Source: Octopus sinensis (taxonomy: Eukaryota). From it: a DNA stretch of 64,000 nucleotides. The notes under the pieces are model-generated. The model had not been told where the DNA came from. It did no database searches and saw only the letters and a program-made list of their open reading frames with translations. The translations under genes and the position numbers were made by a program. The stretch's first letter is position 1. Each line of letters starts with the position of its first letter. Positions 10,675-23,299 of the stretch are shown here, one piece after another. The stretch is taken from contig NC_042998.1 in assembly GCF_006345805.1 (NCBI RefSeq), positions 35,340,001-35,404,000 on the forward strand. Direction: 5' to 3'.

Positions 10675-12099
10675 CGTCTGGGGAGAGTCATTCTCTTTTA
10701 GCGCCTTATTATGTAACACACTCGCAGATGAAAAGTTGATACCAGATAACTTTGAAAGTCAAAGGTTTTGGAGTGACATCTGGAGCAAAGTCAAAGAGCA
10801 TAAGAAGGATGCTGAGTAGTTGCAAGAACTGAAACAAACAGTAGTCTTTCCAAAACAGGCAGAACTAATAATTTTAGTTAAGGAAGTGAAGGAAATCAGC
10901 AAAACAATGAGCAACTGGAAGGCTTCGGTACCAGATGGAGTTCAAGGCTACTGGATCAAAAGAGTTGGTGAATGTCATGCAAGAATAGCTGCGCAACTCA
11001 ACACCTTGTTAAATGCCGACCAAATAACACCAGAATGGTTGAAATTGGGTAGGACAGTGCTGTGCTTGAAAAACATCGAAAAAGGCAATACGGCAGACAA
11101 TTACAGGCCGATATCTTGTTTGCCCCACTTATGTGGAAGTTATTGACTGGAATACTTGCAGAGTCAATGTACGAACATCTGGAAAAAGATGGAGTCCTGC
11201 CACATGAACAGAAGGGTTGCAAGCGTAAGTGCAGAGGTACCACGGATCAACTCCTGGTAGACAAAACTGTACCTAGAGACTGCAAGAAGAGGAAAAGTAA
11301 CTTAGCCATGCCATGGATCGACTATCGTAAGGCGTACAATATGATCCCACGCTCTTGGATAATGGAATGTATGAACCTATTTTGTATTACACCGAATGTT
11401 GAGCGACTGCTTGGAAAAAGTATAGCGAAACTGGAGGGCGGATCTGACAGCATACGGAAGAAATTTAGGAACAGTAGAAATCTTCCAAGAGGACTGCCTG
11501 TCCCCACTGATCTTTGTATTGTGCTTGATACCACTAACACTGATTCTGAGGAAAGCAAAAGTTGGGTATTTATTCAAAAGCCGCCAACAAAAAGTCGACC
11601 ATTTGGTATTCATGGATGACCTCAAACTTTGTGGTAAAAATGAAACCCAAGTCAGTTCCCTTGTTGATACGGTGTATACTTTCAGTGTTGATATCAGAAT
11701 AGAATTCGGACTGAGAAAGTGTTGTATGTTAGTCTTGAAGAGTGGCAAAATCAAATGTATGGTCGGGCTATCGATACCATCGGGGGAGGTTATGAAGCCG
11801 ATAGAAGAGACGGGAAATAAATACTTGGAGATTTTGGAAATGGATAAAGAAATTACAGATGAATAAAGAAGCTACAGAAAAATTTAAGGTGGAGTACTTG
11901 CGCCGACTGGGACTGATCCTAAAGTCGAAATTAAATGGACGGAATAAGATTGAAGCTATCAACACCTGGGCGGTTTCACTCCTTAGATATGGAGCAGGAG
12001 TAATCATATGGACAGTAGACGAACAAAACAGCGTAGACAGAAAGATAAGTAAGTTGTTAACTAGATATGGGACACTCCAGCCAAAACGTGACACAGACA

Positions 12100-12513
12100 A
12101 GGCAGCGAACCGGCAGAAACGTTAGCACACCGGGCGAAATGCGTAGCCGTATTTTGTCTGCTGTTACGTTCTGAGTTCAAATTCCGCCGAGGTCGACTTT
12201 ATCTTTCATCCTTTAGAGATCGATAAATTAAGTACCAGTTACGCACTGGGGTCGATGTAATCGACTTAATCCGTTTGTCTGTCCTTGTTTGTCCTCTCTG
12301 TGTTTAGCCACTTGTGGGTAGTAAAGAAATAGGTATTTCGTCTGCCGCTACGTTCTGCGTTCAAATTCTGCCGAGGTCGACTTTGCCTTTCATCCTTTCG
12401 GGGTCGATAAATAAAGTACCAGTTACGCACTGGGATTGATGTAATCGACTTAATCCCTTTGTCCTTGTTTGTCCCCTCTATATTTAGCCCCTTGAGGGCA
12501 ATAAAGAAATAAA
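12100..12513 (+). mobile_element. SINE family A dimer inserted into the R4-like element
   Basis: Headed unit plus headless unit. Degenerate TSD GTGACACAGACA / GTGACACTTACA on either side; the flanking ORF joins as PK.DTDKLYVP. Confidence 0.85.
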
Positions 12514-12610
12514 TAGTGACACTTACAAACTGTATGTACCAAGAAAAAGATAGGGAAGAAGACTTATTGGATGCGAACACAGCATTAGAGCAAAAGAAAA
12601 TAGCATAGCA

Positions 12611-12770
12611 TGGTATGTAAAACATGCCACAGAACCGCTATTATTAGACGTAAGAAGCTCAGGCTTGTGTAGGATGAAAGATTACAAAGATGGTATGTAA
12701 AACATGCCACAGAACCGCTATTATTAGACGTAAGAAGCTCAAGCTTGTGTAGGATGAAAGATTACAAAGA
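12611..12770 (+). repeat. 80-bp tandem duplication inside the R4-like relic
   Basis: TGGTATGTAAAAC...GATTACAAAGA at 12611-12690 and 12691-12770, one mismatch. Confidence 0.95.
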
Positions 12771-12859
12771 TAAAGCACTGTACAAGCAACTGAAATTGAA
12801 AACGAATGAGTGGTTTATTGTCAATCATCATATTTGTATCTTGAGTATGCTTTGTCCCG

Positions 12860-13440
12860 TGCTTTGGTTGGAATAAAACTTCAGTCTTTTTAATGTTGCT
12901 AGTCACCCAGATGCGCGAGTTATGGTAGTAAACCTGTCACCAATTTGCTGAATTTCTTTAAATGTATGACAAATCAAAGCGCAATTATCAGGAACAGAAA
13001 ATTGCATAGAACCACTTTCCGGGTTCTTTTTTATCTTTGATCTGAAGCTTTTTCCCATTTAGGTTTAGCTGGCCTTTTTCTGATGCATAACTGAAGTTTT
13101 TCACCGTCGTAATCCTTAAAAGCATGTTAGAGCAACATCCAAAAGAGTATGGCGAAAAGGTTCAGGAGCTAAAACACAGCCCTGTTTAGTTCTGGTAGAA
13201 ACAGAAAATGCCTCTGAACATTGACCGTTAGATATCATTGTTGCCAACATTCCTTCGTGTAAAGATACTATTACCGTTATCATTTTATCAGGAAGATCGA
13301 CTTCTAGCAAAATTTTCCAGGGTGCCTTACGATTCACTGTGTCAGAGGCCTTGGTCAATTCGATAAAGACCAGGTACAGGTCACTATTTTGCTCACGTGC
13401 TTTATCTTCAACATGCCGAAGGGCAAAAATCATGTCATTT
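12860..13440 (-). mobile_element. RTE-clade LINE RT fragment
   Basis: MIFALRHVEDKAREQNSDLYLVFIELTKASDTVNR...KQGCVLAP, followed by DNCAL and IKKTEVLFQP-like segments; decayed. Confidence 0.8.
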
Positions 13441-14129
13441 CAGGATATGTGCTTCTTTCAGTTTCCGTTTGCCAAATCCACTCACAAAGCTTTGGTCGGC
13501 TCGGCCTGAGACTATAACAGACTGAACCCGGGACCATGTGGTTGGGAAGCAAACTTCTAACCACACAGCCACGCCAGCGCCTGTAGCAACGAGACTGCGC
13601 CTGTTGACTGATAACTTTGAGTTATATGTCCATTGTTTTGCTATCTTTTATATTTCTATATGAGATTAAACTAACGGAAAATTCTAATACATGTCTATGA
13701 ATTATACAGGATAAACGTCATCAGATTATTTGTTTCCATGAATATTATCTTTGTCACAAAGTCTTCATTCTGTGGATTATTTATTTACTACAAATAAACT
13801 TTAAATGATTGATATATCTTAAGCATTGCTTTTCTTTCAACTATTGTTATCTGAGATTGACTATTCACCCTGCACCGACTGATCACTGAATTTCGCATAA
13901 AAGGAAAAGACAAGCTCCAGACTTATCTCTCAATGCATGATTGTACAACCAATGGAATGTAGATGTGTGTGTGCGTGTGTGTGTGTGTGGTGTGTGGTGT
14001 GTGTGTGTGTGTGCATGCGTGTCTCCATGAGTGTGTGTGGTAGTGTTTAAGTGTGCAGGAGTGCGCGCGTGCATATCTTCTTCGTTTAATGACATCTTTC
14101 CCATCTTTTTATCTTTTACGTGTATCATT

Positions 14130-14377
14130 TATTTAGTTTGCGGCCATGCTAGAGGATTTTAGTCGAACGAATCAACCACAGCAGGTTTTTTTTGGTTTGT
14201 TTTTTTGCCGTGGTACTTATTTCATCGGTGTCTTTTGCCGAGCCGCTAAGTTACGGGGACGTAAATACACCAACCCCGGTTATCAAGCGATGGTGAGGAA
14301 CAAATGCAGACACATAGGCACACACATACATACACACACATACACACGCACACACACTCATATATATAATATATATA

Positions 14378-14418
<41 letters not shown>

Positions 14419-14560
14419 CACAACGGGCGTCTTTCAGTTTCCATCTACCAATTCCACTCACAACTCAGCCCATACTAAAGTACAAGGTGCCACGCAGTGG
14501 GACTGAGCCCGCAGCCCTTAGTTGATTAGCAAACTTCTTACCACACCGCCTCGTCTGTGC
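14130..14560 (-). mobile_element. SINE family B
   Basis: Reverse-complement tail, internal CA/TA microsatellite, RTE-like segment and partial head. Confidence 0.8.
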
Positions 14561-14782
14561 CTACATCTGAAGAAATGCTTCAAAGATGTCGCCAGTTGAT
14601 AATCACATTGTTTATCTAACGATGCCTTTCCATTTACAACTTTCCAACAGCATTGGTCAACAACCAAGGAATCGACAATATTATTCCTTCATCTGAAGCC
14701 CCTAATTTCAGGAAATCGTTCTGAGTGTCTCCTACACATATATTTTCAAACATAGCTTCCCCTCTCAATCTTTGTCATCCTA

Positions 14783-15470
14783 AAGGCGACGAGCTGGCAG
14801 AATCGTTAGCACGCCGGGTGAAATGCTTAGTTGTATTTCGTCTGCCGTTACGTTCTGAGTTCAAATTCCGCCGAGGTCAACTTTGCTTTTCATCCTTTCG
14901 GGGTCGATAAATTAAGTACCAGTTACGCACTGGGGTCGATATAATCGACTTAATCCGTTTGTCTGTCCGTGTTTGTCCCCTCTGTGTTTAGCCCCATGTG
15001 GGTAGTAAAGAAATAGGTATTTCGTCTGCCGTTACGTTCTGAATTCAAATTCCGCCGAGGTCGACTTTGCCTTCATCCTTTCGGAGTCGATAAATTAAGT
15101 ACCAGTTGCGTACTGAGGTCGATCTAATCGACTGGCCCCCTCCTCAAAAATATCGGGCCTTGTGCCTAGAGTAGAAAATAATATTTATACGAAAGGTAAG
15201 GCGGTGATATGGGAGAAACGTTAGCACACCGGGCGAAATGCTTAGCGGCATTTCGTCTGTCTTTACGTTCTGAGTTCAAATTCCGCCGAAGTCGACTTTG
15301 CCTTTCATTCTTTCGGGGTCGATTAAATAAGTACCAGTTACGCACTGGAGTCGATGTAATCGACTTAATCCCTTTGTCTATCCTTGTTTGTCTCCTCTAT
15401 GTTTAGCCCCCTATGGGCAATTAAGAAATAAATATTTGCACGAAAGGTAAGGCGGCGAGCTAGCAAAAAC
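14783..15470 (+). mobile_element. SINE family A multimer cluster
   Basis: Dimer 14783-15180, monomer 15199-15425, and a truncated head at ~15448. Linkers ATATTTATACGAAAGGT / ATATTTGCACGAAAGGT. Confidence 0.85.
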
Positions 15471-15750
15471 TACTAATACAAAGTAGGACTCAATACTGAC
15501 TTATAAACTTGTAATATATTCGGGTGTATCCTATGGTACCACAACGAAATATAGTAGTGTCTCTACCAGCAATTAATAAGTCATATATAGATGCATGGCA
15601 AAGAAACGCCAACACCCAGGCAAAATACTGGCGGTCAGTTTCTTTAGAAACAGTGAACCACAGAGTTGGTACCTAAAGGAGGTGAGGTGACGCAGTCGGT
15701 GATAAGAAAAGATGAATTAGGCGGATCTAAGTTAGTGATGGTGTAAGATA

Positions 15751-17021
15751 CGAGGGACGTTCAATAAGTAATGCCCCTGACCAACTTGCAGTTGTTTGAT
15801 CTAGCTGAAATTTTGCATGTGCAATTATTTATATCTCTATAGATTAAGTGGCAAATTACAGCTCTGAACAAATTGTGGTTTCTGATTTACAGGTGTTTGA
15901 ACTAAGTCAAGTGTGAAATGGAGCCTGTTGAGTGTCGAGCAGGGATCCGGTTTTTATATTTGAAAGGACGCACACCACGGGAGACTTTTGATGAAATGAA
16001 AGTAACTTATGGTGATGATGCCCCATCATATGACCTTGTAAGACGCTGGCATCGTGAATTCAAACATGGTCGGAACTCTGTGGAAACAGTTCCCAGATCT
16101 GGTCGACCCCCTTCTGCCATTGATGAGGCATCTGTCCGTCAAGTTGAGGCTGCCATTTTGGAAGATCGATGCATAACAATTCGCCAAATAGCCCATGAGG
16201 TCAATATTAGTACCGGGTCTGTGGAAACTATCATTCATGACCATTTGCATATGCAAAAGGTGTCTGCCAGATGGATTCCCAGGTTGCTCACACCTTTCCA
16301 GAAGCAAGAACGCGTCGAGTGCTCGAGGATGAAGTTGGAGATGTGCCAAGAAGATGAGTCAAAATTTTTCAAAAGACTGATTACACAGGATGAAACCTGG
16401 GTCCATCACTATGATCCAGAGACCAAAGCCCAGTCAATGCAGTGGAAGCACCGTGATTCACCTTCTCCAAAGAAGGCAAGGGTGCAGCCCTCCGCTGGTA
16501 AGGTCATGCTCACAGTCTTCTGGGACCAGGACGGAGTAGTGATGACAGATTTCCTGACAAAGTGTACCACAATTACAGGAGCCTATTGTGCTTCACTTTT
16601 GAGGAAATTAAGAGAAGCTATCAAAATCAAGAGGCGGGACAAGATCAGCAAAGGCATCCTCCTCCTGCAGGACAACGCTCCGTTCCACAACTCGCGTGTC
16701 GCCAGATCAGAAGCACAGGCGTGCCCCCCATCTCTCCTGACCTTGCACCCTCTGATTTTCACCTCTTCTCAGCCATGAAGTTGTTTTTGAAAGGAAAGCG
16801 TTTCCCAGATGATGCAGCCTTGATTTCTGAAGTCACGTCGTGGTTGGAAGACCAAGCTGGGGTCTTCTACAAAAACGGTCTCTAGAGCTGCATCAAACGA
16901 TGGGAGAAATGCGTAACTCTGGGTGGTTCCTATGTAGAAAAAGCCCAATAACTGTGCCAAGTTTCGTTGCTCTACTGCTATGGGAAGTGGATCAGGGACA
17001 TTACTTATTGAACGCCCCTCG
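15751..17021 (+). mobile_element. Full-length mariner transposon (irritans/Himar-like), defective
   Basis: ~30-bp ITRs CGAGGGACGTTCAATAAGTAATGCCCCTGA / TCAGGGACATTACTTATTGAACGCCCCTCG, flanked by TA on both sides. Confidence 0.95.
15918..16884 (+). pseudogene. Mariner DD34D transposase pseudogene
   Basis: HTH region, WIPRLLT, DETWVHHYDPETK..SMQW and LQDNAP are in frame. A short deletion near 16720 shifts SPDLAPSDFHLF (third Asp) into another frame. Confidence 0.9.
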
Positions 17022-17142
17022 TAAAGAGACAGGTTTTGCAAGAGGAACGAGCGCAGAAGCGAGAAAACTATACAGGGTGGGTGGTGTTAGGAATGAAAGA
17101 ACTGTAGTTTAGTTGCATGCAGTCTAATCATTAAAACAAAAT

Positions 17143-17450
17143 GGCACTCCGTCGGTTACAAAGACGAGGATTCCAGTTGACTCGATCAACGTGCTCAGGA
17201 AATTAACGTGCAACTGGCTGAGTACTCCACAAGCAAGAGTACTCTTAACGTGGTTCTCATTGAGATTCAGCGTGACACTGAACGTGACAAGGCTGGTCCC
17301 TTTTTGAATCACAGGTAAAAACTCACTTTTGCCAGCTGAGCAGAATGGAGCAACGTGAAATAAAGTGTCTTGCTCAAGATTACAGCGTGATGCTAGGAAT
17401 CGAACACACAACCATATGATCGTGAGCCGAGCATCCTAACCACTAAAACG
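17143..17450 (-). mobile_element. SINE family C (degraded)
   Basis: Reverse complement of the C-family tail (GGCACTCCGTCGGTTAC) and of a tRNA-like head. Confidence 0.75.
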
Positions 17451-17959
17451 CTTCACACACTCTAATCATACGCTCACACATGCACACACATATGCATAAA
17501 CATACTGTACGCGTGTTTCGTTTCATGCCACCCACCACGCTTATCAAACCTACTTCAGTTCCTTTGACTTTGTCCTCCCACGCAGGCCACTCGTATTTCC
17601 AAAATACCATTTCTAACTCTCATCGAAATCCAAAATCCTCGCTGCACGACATACTGTCATTCAAGTCTGTTACAACTGTAACCCAACGTTGTTCTTACAT
17701 TCCATTTGTTCTGTCTCTTCTCTCTTCTAAAGTGAAGAATGACAAATGCCTGTGACGCTGTCTTACCTTTTCCTTTCTCACGCATTTACTTTAATTTTGT
17801 GCTTTGTTCATCGTTTCTGTTTTTATTTTATTTATTTATTTATATATTTATTTTGCCAAGCTTTTACTAGTATCCTATTTCGATATCATTTACCATACTG
17901 AACTAGCTTTAACCCAGAAAACCGATAATTTTATTATTTCTTAACATAGAAATAGGTTG

Positions 17960-19130
17960 TGAATAACAAGGAGAATTTCCACATGACTCGGATATGGAGT
18001 TGGGGGAAGACTTGGCCGGCATGCGACCGGAGATATACTCCTTCGACCAGAACAAAGCACATGTAAGAGTGTGTATTGATTGAAGACTGAGGGAAAGATA
18101 GGACAAGCAAAGCCAGTCCAGTGCACTAGCTCGGAGAAAAATTAACTTTAAAATGTCAGGATCAATGATATTTATAGTGACATTGGCGTTTGGTTTGTCA
18201 TCGCCTTTGCGGCACATGTAGGGCAGGTGGTATCTGTGGAGTAACACGCAGCAACGTGTGCTGTGGTGGCTTCTTTTGTGGATATCAAAATTCTGATGGT
18301 ACCGGAAAACCTCAGCGCTGCCCTGGAATTGTACGCCGCAGAGGGATCCGAGTGGAAACCAAACAGAGAGGTGGTACAGAGTCGAGGTCCAGTAGCAGCA
18401 CGTGTGGAAAGAAATGGCTTTTTGAGGACTTTCTGTCTAGAAGAAGAGCAAGAGCACATTAAAGAGAAGAGATACTGTGAGACTTTTGATGTAAAGGCAG
18501 CTGCTGTCGCTTTTTTCAGAGCACGACTGGTCCAACCTCCGACGATTGGCAGAACGGGATCAAAGACAAATGAAATCGCCTCCTTCTTAGAATTACTTAC
18601 ACTAGGTACCGACAAGTTTGGATAATGAAATCGGCAGGGATGTTTTTCTTCCCAGCAGAGGACCGACTGGAGACACTGAGCTGTATTCCTATCTCATCAT
18701 ATGCGGAGGTGAAGACGGTAAGTAGAAAAACGTCAGGGATAGCAATAAGCGAAAGAAGGGACAAAAATATGAATGAACCCAGACTAAAGGCAAGGTACAA
18801 AAGTTGGAAATCTCCCAGGAAAGTAACCTCCCTCAGAGAAGCTGGGAATTACGATTATTCGAATTAGCAATGAGAATCTGGCGGAATGACTAAATGCTCT
18901 GAACGAGAAGAAAGGGAATTTTAATTAAAATAACAATGGGAATTATTGCAAACTCAAAAATGAAATACAATAATTCGTAGAAATCATATGAGACTGTAAG
19001 TAGCTGGCGAATCACTCTCCACAGGATGTGGGGAGCTTCGCAGTTAAATGAAACTTGCAGATACTCGCTGTGTCTGGTATCACACACCTTTGTGGATGGC
19101 CTTATTCTTTTCAAATAACATAGTTTGTAT
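17960..19130 (+). other. Unclassified, more GC-balanced segment with broken ORFs (possible LINE ORF1 relic)
   Basis: Frame 18152-18625 is open except for one stop at 18242 (VRINDIYSDIGVWFVIAFAAHVGQVVSVE*...). Non-repetitive composition. The family assignment is a guess. Confidence 0.25.
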
Positions 19131-19164
19131 GCAAGGATCCTTACTGCCAGCAAAGAAAGGATCA

Positions 19165-19326
19165 TCATCTTCTTCTTCGTCTTCTTCTTCTTCTTCTTCT
19201 TCTTCTTTGTCTTCTTCTTCTTCTTCTTCTTCTTCTTCTCTTCTTCTTCTTCTTCTTCTTCTTCTTCTTCTTCTTCTTCTTTGTCTTCTTCTTCTTCTTC
19301 TTCTTCTTCTTCTTCTTCTTCTTCTT
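19165..19326. repeat. (TTC)n microsatellite
   Basis: Direct reading. Confidence 0.95.
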
Positions 19327-19980
19327 CGTTGTTGTTATTTGAATTTGCGGAATATTTATGGCATGGGGCAAAATACTTTCTGGCATTTGTCCAGCTTGCG
19401 TTCAGATCCTTCCACGGTCAGGTTTGCCTTTCATCCTTCTGCAATCGACAAAAAACGAGCCAACAGCCAAATATTAGGGTCTACCGCTCCCTTTCCCAAA
19501 TGCGAAGCCTCGTGTCTCTGTTACTGCTAACCCAAAAGATACATTCACATTTTTTTTTAAATATCAACTTGAAACAGCCAGAGTAGATTCGTTGCCGCCA
19601 GTTAGCATTCGATCTTGTGTCCGCTACCCACATAGTAGTTAATATTTCATTAACGCATAATTTATGATATTACATGACTCTATATATAATATTCGTTACA
19701 GATACATATTGCTAAAATATTTCATAAATTGTTTCTTCACTTCAGCCTCAGATTACTTATTACTAATATCAGGTGGAACTGTTTTCTCAAATATAATAAC
19801 TGAAATTCATCATTAATTATCCTTTTGACAAATATTTCTTACTGCAGCTGTTTTCTTTTGTCTCTTGATAATTAATAAACTGGATCATCATAATTCAGTC
19901 TGGCTTAATTAAGACCATATACGTTTATGAGTGTGTCGTGCAAATTTCCTGATGTGAAATCGTGTGTTGAAACAGATATT

Positions 19981-20414
19981 TGTTTCTACTCTAGGCTCTT
20001 TAGGAAGAGAACCAGTCGATTAGATCGACCCTAGTATGCAACTGGTACTTAATTTATCCATCCCGAAAGGATGAAAGGCAAAGTCGACTGTAGCGGCATT
20101 TGAACTCAGAACGTAAAGACAGACGAAATACCGCTAAGCATTTCGCCCGGCGTGCTAACGTTTCTGCCAGCTCGCCGCCTTACTTTTCGTATAAATGTTC
20201 TTTTCTACTCTAGGCACAAGGTCCGAAATTTTTGGAGAGGGGGCAAGTCGATTAGATCAAACCCAGTAGGTAACTGGTACTTAATTTATCCACCCCGAAA
20301 GGATGAAAGGAGAAGTCGACCGTGGTGGTATTTGAACTCAGAACGTAAAGACAGACGAAATACCGCTAAGCATTCGCTCGGCGTGCTAACGTTTCTGCCA
20401 GCTCGCCGCCTTGC
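19981..20414 (-). mobile_element. Head-to-tail SINE family A dimer with a single 15-bp TSD
   Basis: Two headed units. GTTGAAACAGATATT (19966-19980) and GTTGAAGCAGATATT (20415-20429) flank the pair. Confidence 0.85.
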
Positions 20415-20520
20415 GTTGAAGCAGATATTGTAATATTTCGGGACGGGCATCGTTTTTCTTGCCAAATAAACTTACGCACTATATAGTCATTCTCTACTCG
20501 TTCGTTACTGTTCTTATCAG

Positions 20521-20672
20521 GAAATATTTCGTCACACAACTGTAACCTCTTCAGCGTCTCTTCTATCCCACGTGTCGCCTCCTCCTCCTCTGATTTGGAC
20601 TAAACGGAACAGGAGGAGACACGTGGATCGAAGAGTCGCTGAAGAGGTCACAGGTGTGTGACGAAAGATTTC
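20521..20672. repeat. Imperfect ~60-bp-arm inverted repeat; each arm has a hammerhead-like core
   Basis: The left arm GAAATATTTCGTCACACAACTGTAACCTCTTCAGCG... pairs with ...CGCTGAAGAGGTCACAGGTGTGTGACGAAAGATTTC. Confidence 0.8.
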
Positions 20673-21597
20673 CAGACAATGGACAGGAGGAGACACGTGT
20701 CATATTTTTTTAGCTTACTTCGTTACAGGAACCAAACTTAAACACTAGTCTCATAGAGAATTATGTTTTATGAAAAGGTTACCTTTAACTTCAGATTATT
20801 ATGTATTCCTTAATCCTTTTAATGATTTCGGTTGGGTGCCTGCGCCATGCTGGAGTTCCGCCTTAATTCATTTTCTATTAGTTCTAATGTTAGCACGCTA
20901 GCGGTATTTCGTCTGTCTTTATGTTCAAATTCCGCCGAGGTCAACTTTGCCTTTCATCTTTCGGGGTCGATAAATTAAGTACCAGTTGCGTACTGAGGTC
21001 GATCTAATCGACTGGCCCTCTCCCCAAAAATTTCGGGCCTTATGCCTAGAGTAGAAAAGAATATATAAACACATTTTGGTGTTGAATGTGTTGCATCGTT
21101 TCAGAAAATGAGTGACACACGTGTAAACGACAATGGTAATCAAAGTGTGTTCAGCGACAGTGGTTCTCGTAACTTAAAGAAACTCTCTCATTTGAAATAC
21201 TCTACTTAAGACAAATTTATGGCAAGTATTAAAAATTATATAAACTAATAAAATTGATTTATATTGACAAGATAAAATTATCGAAACGTTTCCAAATTGT
21301 GATCTTGCGATTCTAAGTCTTTGCTTTCTTCGTTTACTTGCGTGTTTGTCCTAAATATATTTCATGATGTGGCTAATTATCATAAATATCTTGAACTATA
21401 TGATTTAAAAGCTAAGTGATATTTTCCACAATTATCGTTAGTTGTATAGTTATTTCTTATATAAAATTCGTTGGAAGAGTTATGACTCGAAATTTAAGCT
21501 ATATCGAACCTAATGTCAGTCAAGCCGACATTCCATTAGACATTACATTCTGATTCTATATACAGTCTCTTTTACCTAAACTTGTTTGACCAAAAGA

Positions 21598-21990
21598 TTA
21601 TTTGCCAACATAATGTGGCAGTCCTGGTTAGTACGAATGTTATTTAGCCCCAGGAAACGACGTCTCCAGCTGGTTATCGACACACTATTTGAGCACTTAT
21701 ATTTTCGAACAAGGGAGTCTAGTGTCCCCACTCAGCTCAGAGCAATATCTGTGTACCAAGTGTTTCTGGATTATTTTCCCTCATCAGCAAAGACTAACTG
21801 CTCGGCTAGAGATGGTGATAAGGTTCGGCTAGATAAGGATGCAGATAGCGTGTCGATAACCAGTTGGAGGCGATGTTTCCTGTGGCTAAATAACAGTAAT
21901 AATCATCCTAATTAGGGTTGCTACATTATGTTGGCAAATATCTTTGCTCTAGAGTACTGTTACTATATGTTTCTCGTTCAGAGATTAAGA
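21598..21990. mobile_element. Second copy of the 5670-5985 repeat family
   Basis: TTTGCCAACATAATGTGGCAGTCCTGG...GCCCCAGGAAAC...CCCCACTCAG shared with 5790-5980. Confidence 0.6.
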
Positions 21991-22297
21991 AATAACATTT
22001 TTTTCTATATTTGACCTAAACTTTCCTTTGTTTTGCATATTTGGCATTATATTTACGTTACAAAATATATTGTAAATCTGTAGTGTGTACATCTTACTTC
22101 GAGACAGTCATAATCTAGTTTAAACCATTTTGTCCATTGTCATCGTTTGCTCTAGTCTCTATTAAGGAACTCAGCTGGTCGACTCGATACATTATCGAAC
22201 AACTCACTAAGAAGATGGTTAGTATCTCATTTCAGTTATTGAACTATGTCTCTTCCTCAAGCACTTTCTACTTGCTCGCTCAATTTACCGATCCACA

Positions 22298-22695
22298 AGA
22301 CGGCGAGCTGGCAGAATCGTTAGCACGCCGGGCGAAATGCTTAGCGGTATTTCGTCTGCCGCTACGTTCTGAGTTCAAATTCCGATGAGGTCGACTTTGC
22401 CTTTCATCCTTTCGGTGTCGATTAAATAAGTACCAGTTACGCACTGGGGCCGATATAATCGACTTAATACCTTTGTCTCTCCTTGTTTGTCCTCTCTGTG
22501 CTTAGCCCCTTATGGGTAGTAAAGAAATAGGTATTTCGTCTTTCACTACGTTCTGAGTTCAAATTCTGTCAAGGTCGACATTGTCTTTCATCCTTTCGGG
22601 GTCGATTAATTAAGTACCAGTTGCGTATTGGGGTCGATCTAATCGACTGGCTTCCTTCCCCAAAATTTCGAGCCTTATGCTTAGAGTAGAAAGGA
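22298..22695 (+). mobile_element. SINE family A dimer
   Basis: Headed unit with tail 1, then a headless unit with tail 2. Confidence 0.85.
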
Positions 22696-22934
22696 ATTTA
22701 CCGTTTCACTATTTGTAACGGGTGACGGCAAACCGATGCTCGATAGTCTTTCTAGAAGAAACTGACATCAACACTGCATAAAGGAATTCATTCCCTCCAT
22801 AGAATTCTCAAAGAACTACTTTCAGTTTTCATATTTCAAAATACCTACGTTCTTCAAGAAAATACTTTCCGTGGTATTGTGTCAATGAAGTTTGTAATCA
22901 ACGTTTTTAGTAATTAACTCTTCCAATTAATATC

Positions 22935-23245
22935 GCGTGGGTCTGGATTTAGTCCCACCGCGTGGCACTTTGGGCAAGTGTCTTTTATAACCTCGAGCTA
23001 AGCAAAGCTATTTGAGTGAATTTGGGAGACGAAAACTGAAAGAAGCCCGTCGTATGTGTGTATGTGGTGCGTGTGTGTGTGTGTGTATGTGTGTTTTCAT
23101 GTCTGTGTTTGCCCCCTCGCACCGCTTGATAACCGGAGTTGCTTTATTTACACCCCCGTAACTCGTTCGACTAAACATACTTCAAAGGGGTGCCCCAGCA
23201 TGGTTGCAGCCTAATGACCGAAACACGTAAGAGATAAAAACGTAA
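22935..23245 (+). mobile_element. SINE family B (degraded)
   Basis: TTTGGGCAAGTG, GAAAACTGAAAGAAGCCCGTCG, TG microsatellite, CCCCAGCATGG tail. Confidence 0.7.
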
Positions 23246-23299
23246 AAGATATCTATAATAGATATGAAGCATGATTCATCGCGACACGCAGGAAACGAA

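Larger units (their letters stand above)
10720..12800 (+). mobile_element. Decayed R4/Dong-like (RLE-type) non-LTR retrotransposon, RT region
   Basis: Frameshifted motifs [88 protein letters not shown]. Resumes as LYVPRK after a SINE insertion. Confidence 0.85.
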
